In this document: positions 44,408 through 57,048 of the stretch, in pieces
Layout of the letters: the number at the start of each line of letters is the position of its first letter
Position numbering within the stretch: the stretch's first letter is position 1
Assembly (NCBI GenBank): GCA_964016885.1
Contig: OZ024763.1
Coordinates: forward strand, 12,834,001-12,898,000
DNA length: 64,000 bases
Direction: 5' to 3'
Source of the DNA: Eledone cirrhosa
Taxonomy: Eukaryota
Made by a program: the position numbers and the translations under genes
The notes under the pieces: generated by a model
What the model was told of the DNA's origin: nothing
The model's input: only the letters and a program-made list of their open reading frames with translations
Database searches by the model: none

Positions 44408-45172
44408 AGACAACTTAACAATATGTAAAATAGAGAGCAAAAAGTATATTAACGGAATGTTGTACAGATAAAAAGATAGAAGGTGATTGTTTATGTATGT
44501 ATGGTGAGGAGGGTGATACTTGGACACCCTGCGGGATGCACAATACCCGGCAGAGGAACTCAGCAGAGTCAACGGCCATCCAAATAGTACTTTTTTTATT
44601 TTTTTAACTTAGGAGTGAAAGGCCCCCAGTTGTTGTGACAACACCTTTCTAGGAGAGGGAAACCCTGAATGAAAAAAAAACAACCCTCGGCTTCAGAAAC
44701 ATCCGATGATGTTGACCAGTTCTCCTTTTCGGGTAGAGTTCACGTTGCTCAGAGAGTGGGATTGGTCGAAAGCAAGGCCTTTCCGCACTTAAAAAACCTT
44801 CAAAGTACAGGCATTGCTTGTTCAGGATCTGTTACAGGTTCCCGTGGCTGGCCGTAGCCTAAAAGAGCACCAAACTCTATAATCTGACAAATGATTGCAA
44901 TACTCGTGGCAGAGTTTGCTGCCCTCGTGTATACATACCAGAGACACATATATATATGTGTGTGTATACATATAGATATATATATGTGTGTGTGTGTGTG
45001 TGTACACAGGGAGACTAACGTGCAGTTACTGTAGGTTCACCCATATACATGCATACATATGTACAATTATATATATATATGCATACACACACACACACAC
45101 ACATACGCGCGCACACATATATATATATATATACACATATATATATACACATATGCATATACACATACATAT

Positions 45173-45203
<31 letters not shown>

Positions 45204-45830
45204 TACGCGCGCACACACACACACACATACGCGCGCGCACACACACACATATATATATATACAGATATATACACATATATATACACATACATATACACGC
45301 GCACACACACATATCTATATATACATATACATACGTACGCCCACACGCACACGCACACACATTATATGTATGTATATATATTTATATGGCTGTTAACGTA
45401 AAAAAACCAAAAACATCAGAGAATATACATGCTTGTTATACATACTAAAATAAATACATACATATATTCATATATATATCCCCCGGTTATAGAAATATAT
45501 GAATATATGCATGCATTTATTTTAATATGTACAACAAGTCTTTCTTTCCCAGTTTCGTTTCGGCTGCGCCATTTTCTTATTTTAAATAGATTATCGCTCA
45601 AAACATGAATTAATTTCCATATCCATTCTACCCTTAGCTAAAATGCTTAACACCAAATGTGTATATGTGTGTGTATGTGTGAGTGTGGGGGTGTATGTGT
45701 ATGTGTGAGTGTGGGGGTGTATGTGTATGTATGTATGTATGTATGTATGTATGTATGTATGTATGTATGTATGTATGTATGTGTGTCTGTCTATGTGTGG
45801 GTGTATGTAGGTATGTATGTATGTATGTAC

Positions 45831-46112
45831 GGTTAAGAGAGTGGGACTGGCTTTGTGCAGTGCCTTTGCTCACTATAAAAGCTTCACGGCACAGGCATTG
45901 CTTTATATCTGGAGATCTCTCTGCACTTGTCATCACATGGAACCATGGGCCCAGCACTATGTGTCAATAATTGTCACAAGTGTAGTGTTTGTACCAGAGT
46001 TTTCATGTCGCTGGCTGTACTAAAAAGTCACACTCGTTCAGCGCTTCGGTAGGGGTTCTCCTACATGGATATAAAGTAGTGGCCGTACTCGAAAACGAGT
46101 TGGCAGCCACCA
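45831..46112 (+). mobile_element. Truncated copy of a non-autonomous retroelement within (ATGT)n
   Basis: Near-identical reverse complement of 51800-52083; diverged relative at ~44500-44930. Confidence 0.65.
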
Positions 46113-46507
46113 TGTATGTATGTATGCATGTTGTATGTATGTATGTATGTATGTATGTATATTCTTCTGGTTTTATAATTTCACAAAGTTTTACCAATAG
46201 AGAGAGAGTCGGTTTCTCACATAGACACAAGACTCTCTCATTGGAATTTACACAACATCAACTAGGTAGATATGTATGTCTGCATGCATGTGTAGATATG
46301 GATGTTATTGTATGTGTGGATGTGCATGTTTTGAGTTGTATGTGTGCATGTGTATATGCTTAGTATCTGTACATGTGTATATGCAGTTATTAGATGTAAA
46401 AATTTTGGAATGTTTTACATATTTTTACTGTTCCATTAATGGATTGTACTTGTAATTTCCTAACTAGTTGTGTTCTTTCTGTTCCTGTGAAGCCTAGCTT
46501 CTCAAGA

Positions 46508-46579
<72 letters not shown>

Positions 46580-47002
46580 GGTGTTTGTACGGATGTATGT
46601 ATGTGTGTATGTATGTATGTACGGATGTATGTGTGTATGTATGTATATATGGGTGGGTGCAAGTATGTATGTGTGTGTATGTATGTGTACGTGTGCGTGT
46701 GTATGTATATATGTGTGTATGTGTGTGTATGTATGTATGTGTGGGTGCATGTATATATGTATGTATGTATCTGTGTATGTATGTATATGTATGTGTATAT
46801 ATGTATGTATGATTGTATGTATCTCTGTATGTATCTGTGTATATATGTATGTGTGTATGTGTATATATGTATGTGTGTATGTGTATATATGTATGTATGT
46901 ATCTGTGTATGTATGTATGTGTTGTATTCGTTATATTTTTGTGCGATATGTATTCCCATGGCAGACACACACATGTATATAAATGTATATACTCTCCACC
47001 AC

Positions 47003-47068
<66 letters not shown>

Positions 47069-47166
47069 AGGGAGTGTAACTTGGAAGTTACTGTAGGTTC
47101 ACCCGGGTGAGCACTCGGTGTTTAGGTTCACTTCAGTGTCGAGGTGTAGAGCTAGACAGAGTGTAT

Positions 47167-47493
47167 TATAGTGAAAAGATAACAAGGACGATTGGTTACT
47201 CCTTCATTACATTTATTGGTTGGTGACGCGCGTTTCGCCACTGATCAGCTCAAGGTTCGATCTGTATCGATCTTACCCGACTCTGTAATCTGCGGCTCGT
47301 AGGACCCCTTGTAATGCTAGTAGAAAATAGTATGTATTCATGTTCTACTAGCATTACAAGGGGTCCGACGAGCCGCAGATTACAGAGTCGGTTAGGATCG
47401 ATAGAGATCGAACCTTCAGCTGATCAGTGGCGAAACGTGCGTCACCAACCAATAAATGTTATGAAGGAGTAACCAATCGTCCTTGTTATCTTT

Positions 47494-47501
<8 letters not shown>
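47167..47501. mobile_element. ~159-bp-arm inverted repeat with hammerhead 3' half
   Basis: Arms 47167-47325 / 47343-47501; GAAAC-GTGC-GTC at 47432-47443 (GCGC in the other arm). Confidence 0.75.
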
Positions 47502-47544
<43 letters not shown>

Positions 47545-47969
47545 GTGTGGGTACAAACAAAATATATCAACCCCTGATGTGTATCAACAGTTTATCTTAT
47601 CCCTGCTTTACCTTGAGTTTCGTTAGACATAACACGATGTTGAACGATCAACTGCACTAGCTACACATGCTACTCCATAAATTTACACGTAAGTGCCTGA
47701 GCATTCCACCGATACGTAATCCTCAAGCAGAATCAGAGTGACTCACTGAGTGACCAGGCTGGGCCGTTGAATTTACAGTTACCAGTTATATGTTGAGTTA
47801 CCCCGCAGATTCCGTCTACCCAATTTCCCTCTGAGAGGTTTTCACAGAGTCGAAGCTATGATAATAGCCTGAAGCTATGATAATATGCTCCTGGCCACAA
47901 TACCAGGCGGCAAGCTTCAACATCACGATTGCTTTGATGGGAATTAAATACCGCATTTTCTTCTGTATA

Positions 47970-48490
47970 CGAGGGTGCTTGAAAAAATACGTGAAAAAGG
48001 ACAATTGGAAAAAACAGTTTAAGTTATGTCCATTTTTCCACATATGCTCCATCTAGGTCAATACATTTCTGCAAGTGTTGATACCAGCCTCTATGTCCAT
48101 CTGTGTAAACTGAGGGCCATGCGATTTAAACCATGTCAACGCAGTTTTTACAACTGGGGTTTATCTTCAACTTCATCTCTTCCACTTCTAAAACGACTTA
48201 TTCATTTGTAGGTTGTTGATTTCTTTGAGACTTGGTCCAGAGCGTCAACGGTTTGGCTGCTCTTCCACCCTAGCTTCACCAGGAAGTTGATGTTTTGATG
48301 GAGGCCATGTTGCCCGAGCAGGTGCTGACTTCCGACTGGCGGTGCTGCATTGCAAGGTGCATTTAAGGGTTCATGTTAGAACATATTGTGACACGTTAGT
48401 ACGAGAACGTACAGATGCATTGAGATCAAAACCACTGCATATGAATTTTAGCTATGTACTTTTTCCACGAACTTTTTGAAGCCCCCTTCG
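47970..48490 (-). mobile_element. Internally deleted mariner transposon (Hsmar2/irritans-like)
   Basis: TA TSDs; TIRs CGAGGGTGCTTGAAAAAATACGTGAAAAA and CGAAGGGGGCTTCAAAAAGTTCGTGGAAAAA (reverse complement). Minus-strand remnants NINFLVKLGWKS...YK*ISRFRSGRDEVED are fused to VKTALTWFKSHGPQF..DGHRGWYQHLQKCIDLDGAYVEK. Confidence 0.9.
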
Positions 48491-48855
48491 TAACACTAGA
48501 TATTTAAAACTAAAACTAAGGCCAAAAATGACAGAGGGGTCGTTTTATACACGAGAACATGTTTTCAAAATATTTTTACTGGGCTTAAAAAAATACTCGT
48601 TTCAAACGGCAAGATTTCAAATACACACATTGGGTGCTTAAACACCAAATGGCAAACATTCGGTTGTTTTACATTTGTTAACATTATAAGACAGAATATT
48701 GTAGTGAAATATAAATATATATTATAAAGAGTCGGAACCCAACGGTTGAGCTCTTGCCCCATACTCTACTACCCCAAGTATTGAGTACTCTGTTCAGTAA
48801 TGGTCTAACTAGATTCAAACTGAATCCATCCTGATTAGCATATATATATATATTG

Positions 48856-48923
48856 TATAGAAGGAGCTTCTACAGGACTAGTACTGTTTCATTCAGATGA
48901 AATCTTCAAGAAGCTCCTTCTAT
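48856..48923 (-). ncRNA. Complete type I hammerhead (family H2), 15-bp stem I
   Basis: TATAGAAGGAGCTTC-TTGAAGA-TTTCATCTGAAT-GAA-ACAG TACTAGTC CTGT-A-GAAGCTCCTTCTATA. Confidence 0.75.
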
Positions 48924-49001
48924 ACAATAAATATATTTTACTCTGCCATGTATTGAGTACCTTACTTACTGTAGTTATCCCCGACTCAACCCGGGACCTA
49001 C

Positions 49002-49053
<52 letters not shown>

Positions 49054-49093
49054 ATGTGTGTGTGTGTGTGTGTGTGCGTGGTTGATATTTCGA

Positions 49094-49143
<50 letters not shown>

Positions 49144-49702
49144 TGAAGAGACAAAGGTTGAAGGAGGAGGAGGATGTCAGAAGTCATAATACATATATTA
49201 TTATCCCCAAAGAAAATGTTGGCCAAGAAGAGTTAAATGACTATAAAACAAATTAGATAAGAAAGGTAGTATTGATTTCAGAGTTTTTGGCCGTCGGCAT
49301 CAGAGATTCTAGAGTGTTATCCCACAGGGAGAGAAAGAGGGGAGTATGAATAGCTATCAAATCGATTACTTAGCAGATCGAACTGTCTAGAATACTTAAA
49401 GGACGGCCATTTTGGTTCTGGTATATTTCTATTTATTTTACTTTAAAGAAGAGATTTGCTTGTAAAATCACCAAAACTGATTTTATAACGAAAACTGCTT
49501 TCTCCTTGACCCTCTCTTTCTTTCTCTATCTCACTTCCTCTCTCTCCCTTCTCTCGTATTTTCTTATTCCTTCTCTATGAGTGTTTATATGTGTGTATAT
49601 AACATATACATATGTGTAGGTGTGTATATGTATATATATATACATACATATATAAATTTATATACATACACACACATATGTTATGTATATATATATATAT
49701 AT

Positions 49703-49778
49703 AGGGTGTCCTAAAATATGTATACACACTTCAACAGCATTCTAATAAATATGTGTATACATTTTAGGGGGACACCCT
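49703..49778. mobile_element. Tiny Tc1/mariner-type MITE
   Basis: Inverted ends AGGGTGTCC-TAAAATATGTATACACA / TGTGTATACATTTTAGGGGGACACCCT in a TA context. Confidence 0.55.
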
Positions 49779-49789
49779 TTATATGTGTA

Positions 49790-49825
<36 letters not shown>

Positions 49826-49939
49826 ATCAATAAAATGAGGTAGACACTAACCTAGTGGCTTCTACTTCACTGTTATACCGATACTCTGTAGTACACAGAC
49901 TTACATGTATACTTCATAGAGTGCTCAATACAGCTGAGA

Positions 49940-50095
49940 ACTAGTGATGTCGTAACTTATTTCTACAGCCGAGTAAGCTGGAGCAGCATGAAATAAAGTG
50001 TCTTGTTGAAGGACACAACGCATCGCCGGGAATCGAACTCACAACATCACAATTGTGAGCCCAACACTCTAACCACTGAGACACTTGCCTTCACC
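49940..50095 (-). mobile_element. tRNA-derived SINE related to family B
   Basis: TGAAATAAAGTGTCTTG...GGAATCGAACTC...CTCTAACCACTGAG. Confidence 0.7.
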
Positions 50096-50339
50096 CCTCT
50101 TTAGTACTACATATAATGTAAGACATGAACCAGGAGCCTTAGCAACAGCAGCTCGGAGATTGGGTGGTCTTAAGATCAGCATTATTGGAGAGATAGAGTG
50201 GTAAATAAGTCCAGTTGGATGGCCAGATTTTGGAAAGCATTGACACCTTCCCATACCCAGTCAGTGGTCTCGCTACAGATAGCAACTTAACAACTGATGT
50301 GGAAAATATATATGTATATATATGTATATATATGTAGAA

Positions 50340-50762
50340 GTTCTATTTAAATTGTTGGGATACAACAAGCAAATATTTTTATAACTGATATAAAGCACTC
50401 AACAAATAATTGGAGTAAAAATACGATATTAACAAATTGAAACTATATTTATAAAACCATATTTATTTCATTATACATATTTCAAGGACACCAAGTTAAA
50501 TTATGGTGTGCTTTCATCAGATAAAATATAATATAGATCAGTTTTATAAATAAATATTGACATACCCTTAAAGAATGCTCCCGGGAGCTTCCAACAGAAA
50601 TGGTTGCATTCTTTTAAGGGTATGTCAATATTTATTTATAAAACTGATTTATATTATATTTTATCTGATGAAAGCACACCATAATTTAACTTGGTGTCCT
50701 TGAAATATGTATAATGAAATAAATATGGTTTTATAAATATAGTTTCAATTTGTTAATATCGT
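50340..50762. mobile_element. Palindromic element with two complete hammerheads (family H5)
   Basis: Arms 50423-50578 / 50606-50762. Plus-strand copy at 50657-50721: TATTTTAT-CTGATGA-AAGCACACCA...TGGTGTCCTT-GAAA-TATGT-ATA-ATGAAATA. Minus-strand copy at 50464-50528. Confidence 0.8.
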
Positions 50763-50763
50763 T

Positions 50764-50817
<54 letters not shown>

Positions 50818-50898
50818 CGATAAATTAACCGAGCCATCCACTCTCGCTATTCCCTATTATTAATGTGCTCAAACGAGAAGGAATCCCGAGCCCTTTAC

Positions 50899-51034
50899 GA
50901 TAACACACCAGAGAGAGGGAGAGAGATAATGCGTTATCAGTCAAACAGGGAAAAACCACCAGTGTATGGCCATACACTGGAGGTTTTTCCCTGTTTGACT
51001 GATAACGCATTATCTCTCTCTCTGGTGTGTTATC
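50899..51034. repeat. Spacer-less palindrome centred at 50969/50970
   Basis: ...CCAGTGTATGG|CCATACACTGG...; arms ~65-70 bp. Confidence 0.85.
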
Positions 51035-51048
51035 TTTTCTACATATTG

Positions 51049-51105
<57 letters not shown>

Positions 51106-51343
51106 TAAGTATTAATAAAATAGATGTTCTTTTAATCAATTACATTTTATTATACATATTTCGGATGTACAACAGTACATGTTGTTGTATAATAAAATAT
51201 AATTGATCAAAAGAACATCTATTTTATTAATTCTTATATTTAAATATTAATAACTCCTGAAAATTATTTTCGTTGAGTGCTTCCAATCTACTGTAAAACT
51301 CATTCTTTGACATAATCATCGAATATTGTTTAACAACTTAATA

Positions 51344-51414
<71 letters not shown>

Positions 51415-51559
51415 TTCTGATGTATAACATGATGTCCCTTTTTTTGTATGTTCTGGTTTTATTTTGTCAAATATAAAACATGAACATTAACAACACAATA
51501 ATGACTTATTAATAACTTCCATACCTCGTTCGTATATTTGGTCGGTGGTGTAATGGTGG

Positions 51560-51605
<46 letters not shown>

Positions 51606-51799
51606 CTTACATACATATATACATACAATTATATATATATCCATATACACATATATACACTTATATATACACTAGCTCACCACATACATATATATATATA
51701 TACATACTTACATACATACATACATACAATTATATATATATTCATATACACATACATACAATTATATATACACTAGCACGCCACATACATACATATATA

Positions 51800-52405
51800 C
51801 ATGGTGGCTGCCAACTCGTTTTAGAGTATGGCCACTACTTTATATCCATGTAGGAGAACCTCTACCGATACGCTGAACGAGTGTGACTTTTTAGTACAGC
51901 CAGCGACTTGAAAACTCTGGTACAAACACTACACCTGTGACAATTATTGACACATAGTGCTGGGCCCATGGTACCATGTGATGACAAGTGCAGAGTGATC
52001 TCCAGATATAAAGCAATGCCTGTGCCGTGAAGCTTTTATAGTGAGCAAAGGCACTGCACAAAGCCAGTCCCACTCTCTTAACCAAGATGATATTTACCAA
52101 AAAGAAGAACAAGTCAACATCATTTGATACCATCAGAGTTGCAGATGTTATATCAGAGTTTTCCTTCTAGAATTCTGCCTTGACAAAGGCTAAGGGGTCA
52201 TCTCTCCCGGTGATTTTGGATGGCCATTGACTCTTAAGAGCTCCTTTGCCCTTTGACAGGTTTTGTTTTTAGTCCTGCAGGATGTCCAAAGTCACCCTCC
52301 TCACCAAGAAACCTTGGTGGGGTTGCCAGTTTAGTCGCCAATGATCCGACCATGAGACAGGTTGTACTGGGATACATGTTACCAGTAGCACCAACAGGTG
52401 ACCTG
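51800..52405 (-). mobile_element. Non-autonomous retroelement with RTE-like 5' UTR motifs, in (ATAC)n
   Basis: Minus strand has TGGCGACTAAACTGGCAACCCC...GGTGAGGAGGG...CTAGAAGGAAAACTCTGA; no ORF; RTE assignment is from recalled UTR motifs. Confidence 0.55.
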
Positions 52406-52589
52406 ACATACATACATACAATCATATATACATTCATATACACATACATTCATATACATACACATACGTACACACACACATTTATATATATACACACACA
52501 CATGCTTACACACACACAGGTACATACATACATATACACAGTGTAAATATGACTGTACATCTTCGGCCGACATATTTTGTGTGGAGTTA

Positions 52590-52886
52590 TGTTGTTGTTA
52601 TTGTTGACGTTGTTGATGTAGTTGTTGTTGACGTTGTTGATGTAGTTGTTGTTGACGTTCTTGTTGTTGACGTTCTTGTTGACGTTGCTGTTGACGTTCT
52701 TGTTGACGTTCTTGTTGACATTCTTGTTGTTGACGTTCTTGTTGACGTTGTTGTTGATGTTGTTGTGTTGACGTTGTTGTTGATGTTGTTGTTGACGTTC
52801 TTGTTGTTGATGTTCTTGTTGTTGACGTTCTTGTTGACGTTGCTGTTGACGTTCTTGTTGACATTCTTGTTGACATTCTTGTTGAC

Positions 52887-52917
<31 letters not shown>

Positions 52918-53100
52918 TTGTTGGCGTTCTTGTTGATGTAGTTGTTGACGTTCTTGTTGACGTTGTTGCTGTTGACGTTCTTGTTGATGTAGTTGTTGAC
53001 GTTCTTGTTGTTGACGTTATTGTTGACGTTGTTGTTGTTGACATTGTTATTTTTTGACCTTGTTGTTGTTGACCATGTTGTTGTTGTTGTTGTTGTAGCT
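52590..53100. repeat. (GTT)n-derived degenerate repeat (GTTGACGTTCTT)
   Basis: Direct inspection. Confidence 0.85.
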
Positions 53101-54457
53101 GTCGTAGTTTTCCCGCGCGCTACTTAACAACAATTACGGGTTTAATGTGTTAATTAGAGATGTGAGGTGATTAGACGCTAATTAAAGTTTTCCTTTCTCT
53201 TGTTTGATAAAGAACAGGCGTCTATTATGATCACCAATAACCAATTAATCAACAACACTTGATAATAATTAATGTGACTGGATGATAGATGGCGACACTA
53301 CAGATTTGTGGAACGACTGCCACATATACACCAGAACACACACACGCATACACATCCTCACATACATGCACACACATACGCACATACACACACATTCTCC
53401 CTCTCTCTCCCTCTCTCTCTCTGACAAATCGGAATCACAGACAAAAGTATATGCACGTATGTATATGTGCATATACATACATGCATAGCCCCGCACACAC
53501 ACACACACACACTCGCGTTTACATATACATATATACATATATGTATATATATATATGTATATACAACGAAGGAAATGTGGTAAGGAACCAGGTGGACCAT
53601 AACGCACCAAAGTACTCAATACTTGAGGTAGTAGAGTGGGTAATAGGAACCAGTAAGACCCCGACAGCTGAGCTCAAGCCGTTTCGACGGCTAATTCTGG
53701 ACTAAATGAACATTTTTATCCTGGTAAATGAATAGCCGAGCTTCTCAGTGGGTAATATTCCATATATGGTAAAAGTGATTGTCACGAGGATTGGTCAAAA
53801 GTTTGTTGTTGAGACACATAATTCTATCATGGCATTTTGTGGAAGGAAGGGGTAGCTGAACCTGCCAGTAGAAGAAAGAGGGAGAGGGACTGGAGGAAAC
53901 CCAGTCGTGCGTTGAAAGTGACGACTACAGCAGAATCCTAAGGATAAGAGATCAAGAGGGGGGGGGGGTCGAAACAATAAGTAGATCTATATAGAAAAAT
54001 AAGAATGTTAAGAATATAAAAAAACACAATTTCTGGTTACTATTCCCCTACCACAATCATAAAATCTCTCACTAGACTATAGAAAAGTTTAATAGGTGGG
54101 GCAGGATACTAAATACGAGATTGTAGTGAAAGAATTTTATGAGTTAGTAGTACTCGGCCTAATCTATCTTACAATGACATGTCAACAAGTAGGGGGCCAA
54201 AATACTAAAAAAAAACTAATACGAAATAATAATTCAGAGTCCCGAAACTAATACGAAATATTAATTCAGATCCGGAAAATGAATACTAATACGATATATG
54301 AGAGTGCCGCTACAATACATAAATTCTAATGCAAACTACATAAATGATCGTACGATATATAAGAAAAAATTAATATGAAAAATTAATCCCATGGACTGAG
54401 TGCTCTACTAATACGGATATAACCCACTAGTGTTGTACTATTATATATATATATATA

Positions 54458-54800
54458 TCATCATTCATCATTTCATTTTACGTCCACTTTTCCCTGCTTG
54501 CAAGGGTGGGACGGGAACTGATTCTGGCTTGATTTCTACAGCTGGATGCCCTTCCTAACACCAACCTCATTTACAGTGAGTGTTGGGTGCTTTTTTGCCG
54601 TGGCACCTCCACGACCACTTTGCAGTGGAATGATGGGGACCCCAGTCCCTATCATCTCATTTCTACAGCTGAGTAAACTGGAGCAATGTGAAATAAAGTG
54701 CCTTGCTCAAGGAAACAACACATCACCCAGTCTGAGAATTGAACTCACAACCTTTCGATTGCAAGGCCAATGCTCTAACCACTAAGCGATGTGCCTCCAC
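54458..54800 (-). mobile_element. Family B SINE with RTE tail
   Basis: Near-identical to 13348-13696. Confidence 0.85.
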
Positions 54801-54840
<40 letters not shown>

Positions 54841-54969
54841 CAAAGAGATATTTAATTTGTTGGTAATTCAACAAATGTATTGATAACAGATTCGAAGCAC
54901 TCATCAAGTTACCTGGAGTATAATATAAATGATATTAATAAATGGAAACTACATTTATAAAACCATATT

Positions 54970-55033
54970 TATTTTATTATATATATATTTCAAGGGTACC
55001 AGAAACTTTGATACGCTCTCATCAGATAAAATA
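54970..55033 (-). ncRNA. Complete hammerhead (family H5)
   Basis: TATTTTAT-CTGATGA-GAGCGTATCA AAGTTTC TGGTACCCTT-GAAA-TATATAT-ATA-ATAAAATA. Confidence 0.75.
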
Positions 55034-55108
55034 CAAAATTTGTTTTATAAATAGTGACATACACCCCAAAACCAGACTTTATCGGTTCAGGTTCAGTTTG
55101 TGATGTAT

Positions 55109-55158
<50 letters not shown>

Positions 55159-55290
55159 GTTATATAGTAAGGTGCAACTTTTGCGACCTCAATGTTAAGC
55201 TAATAGCAGTCGCCTCGTCTCTGACTGACTGGTGTGTCTCCATATGAGGGAATGAATTATGTGAGGTAACATCGTTTTTTTCTCCCTCAT

Positions 55291-55432
55291 ATCAAGAAAT
55301 TTGAAGACAATTCATTTTCACCTGATGAGATCAGTGATAATTGATCGTGGCTTCACAATCGATCTATTTCTTATTGAAACATATGTCGTGATTAAATGAT
55401 TAGAATTTTACCTTGTCTTCGGATTTTCATTT

Positions 55433-55436
<4 letters not shown>
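55291..55436 (+). ncRNA. Type I hammerhead with canonical GUC site and long interrupted stem I
   Basis: GAAGACAA.TCATTT.TCAC-CTGATGA(55322)...GAAAC-ATAT-GTC(55385-55387)-GTGA..AAATGA...TTGTCTTC. Confidence 0.75.
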
Positions 55437-55494
<58 letters not shown>

Positions 55495-55495
<1 letters not shown>

Positions 55496-55849
55496 AAGTT
55501 TTATTTAAATTGTTGGGTTAACAACGAGTAAATATTTATAACTGATATAAAAGCACTCAACAAGTATTTGGAGTATATTTACGATATTAAATAAATGGAA
55601 ACTTTATTTATAAAACCATATTTATTTCATTATATATATTTCAGGGATATCATATTAAAAATATGTTATGCCTTCTTCAGACAAAATACAATATAAACAG
55701 TCTTATAAATAGAATCTATCTATTTATAAGACTGTTTATATTGTATTTTGTCTGAAGACGGCATAACATATTTTTAATATGATATCCCTGAAATATATAT
55801 AATGAAATAAATATGGTTTTATAAATATAGTTTCCATTTATTTAATATC

Positions 55850-55851
<2 letters not shown>
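55495..55851. mobile_element. Palindromic element with two complete hammerheads (family H5)
   Basis: Arms 55581-55713 / 55719-55851; CTGAAGA at 55752-55758, GAAA at 55790-55793. Confidence 0.8.
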
Positions 55852-55936
<85 letters not shown>

Positions 55937-56095
55937 AACATATGTCACTTCGGAGAAATTTACATTGTATAGAATATGGAGAAATTAACAAAATGATATT
56001 TATATTTGATATTATATATTTATTATACCAAGGTCGTTACAACGATAATCCAGGAAATACATACATAAGTGTGTGTGTGTATTTATCTTTATATT

Positions 56096-56133
<38 letters not shown>

Positions 56134-56584
56134 TTAAGCGTCCGAAACGTTAAGACCCTCTTCCTGCTATATAAAGCGTTAATCTAATATATTCCTTCCA
56201 TATACTGTACTGATTGTGATACTATTTCTGTTTACCTTTTACATACATATATACATATACATATACCACCATCACCACCACCACTACACAACCACCACAC
56301 CACACCACCACCACCACATACATATATACATATATGTGTGTGTGTCTGTGTGTGTACATACATATAGATATATATGAATATATATATATATATATATACA
56401 TAATAGATATATAATACACACGCACACACAAACACATATATATACATGCATACGAAGACACACACTTGCGTAACGCACACACAAATAACACCTCACAGAC
56501 GCCACCTCACACACACACACACACAATACACAAGTACTATGATAATGTAGATTTTTTTTTATTATTACTGTTAATATGTATCAA

Positions 56585-56730
56585 TAATGGCCGACAGTAA
56601 GGTGAATTGCCCGGATGGACAGGAAGTGGAGCGGAAGTGACTGGACGAGACGAAATAATGGCGTCTGATTGGCAGCCATGATGGACCGGAAGTTAGCCTG
56701 GTCGATCAAAAGCCAAGCGAACCATAATTT
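56585..56730. promoter_or_regulatory. Candidate housekeeping-type promoter
   Basis: CpG-containing unique island with three ETS-type GGAAGT sites (CAGGAAGTG, GCGGAAGTG, CCGGAAGTT), an ATTGG (CCAAT) box and YY1-like AATGGCG/AATGGCC. Confidence 0.5.
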
Positions 56731-56909
56731 TCAAATCCTCTGATCTTTTGGCGCTAACCTTTTTCTAACACGTAATGGATACTTTATTACTTGCCTCGAC
56801 GACCACACAATTATATATATGTGTGTGTGTGTGTGTTTTGGTGTGTACGTGTGTGTGTGTGCATAAATATATATGTATATAGATAAAATGAATGTATATA
56901 TGTGTATAA

Positions 56910-56942
<33 letters not shown>

Positions 56943-56959
56943 ATGTGTGTATATATATA

Positions 56960-57011
<52 letters not shown>

Positions 57012-57048
57012 AATGTATGTATATATATATATATAATAATATAATATA

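Noticed and set aside
52310-52405. HDV-like ribozyme at the RTE-like 5' end
   Set aside because: Hairpins are present but I could not assign the nested double pseudoknot by eye.
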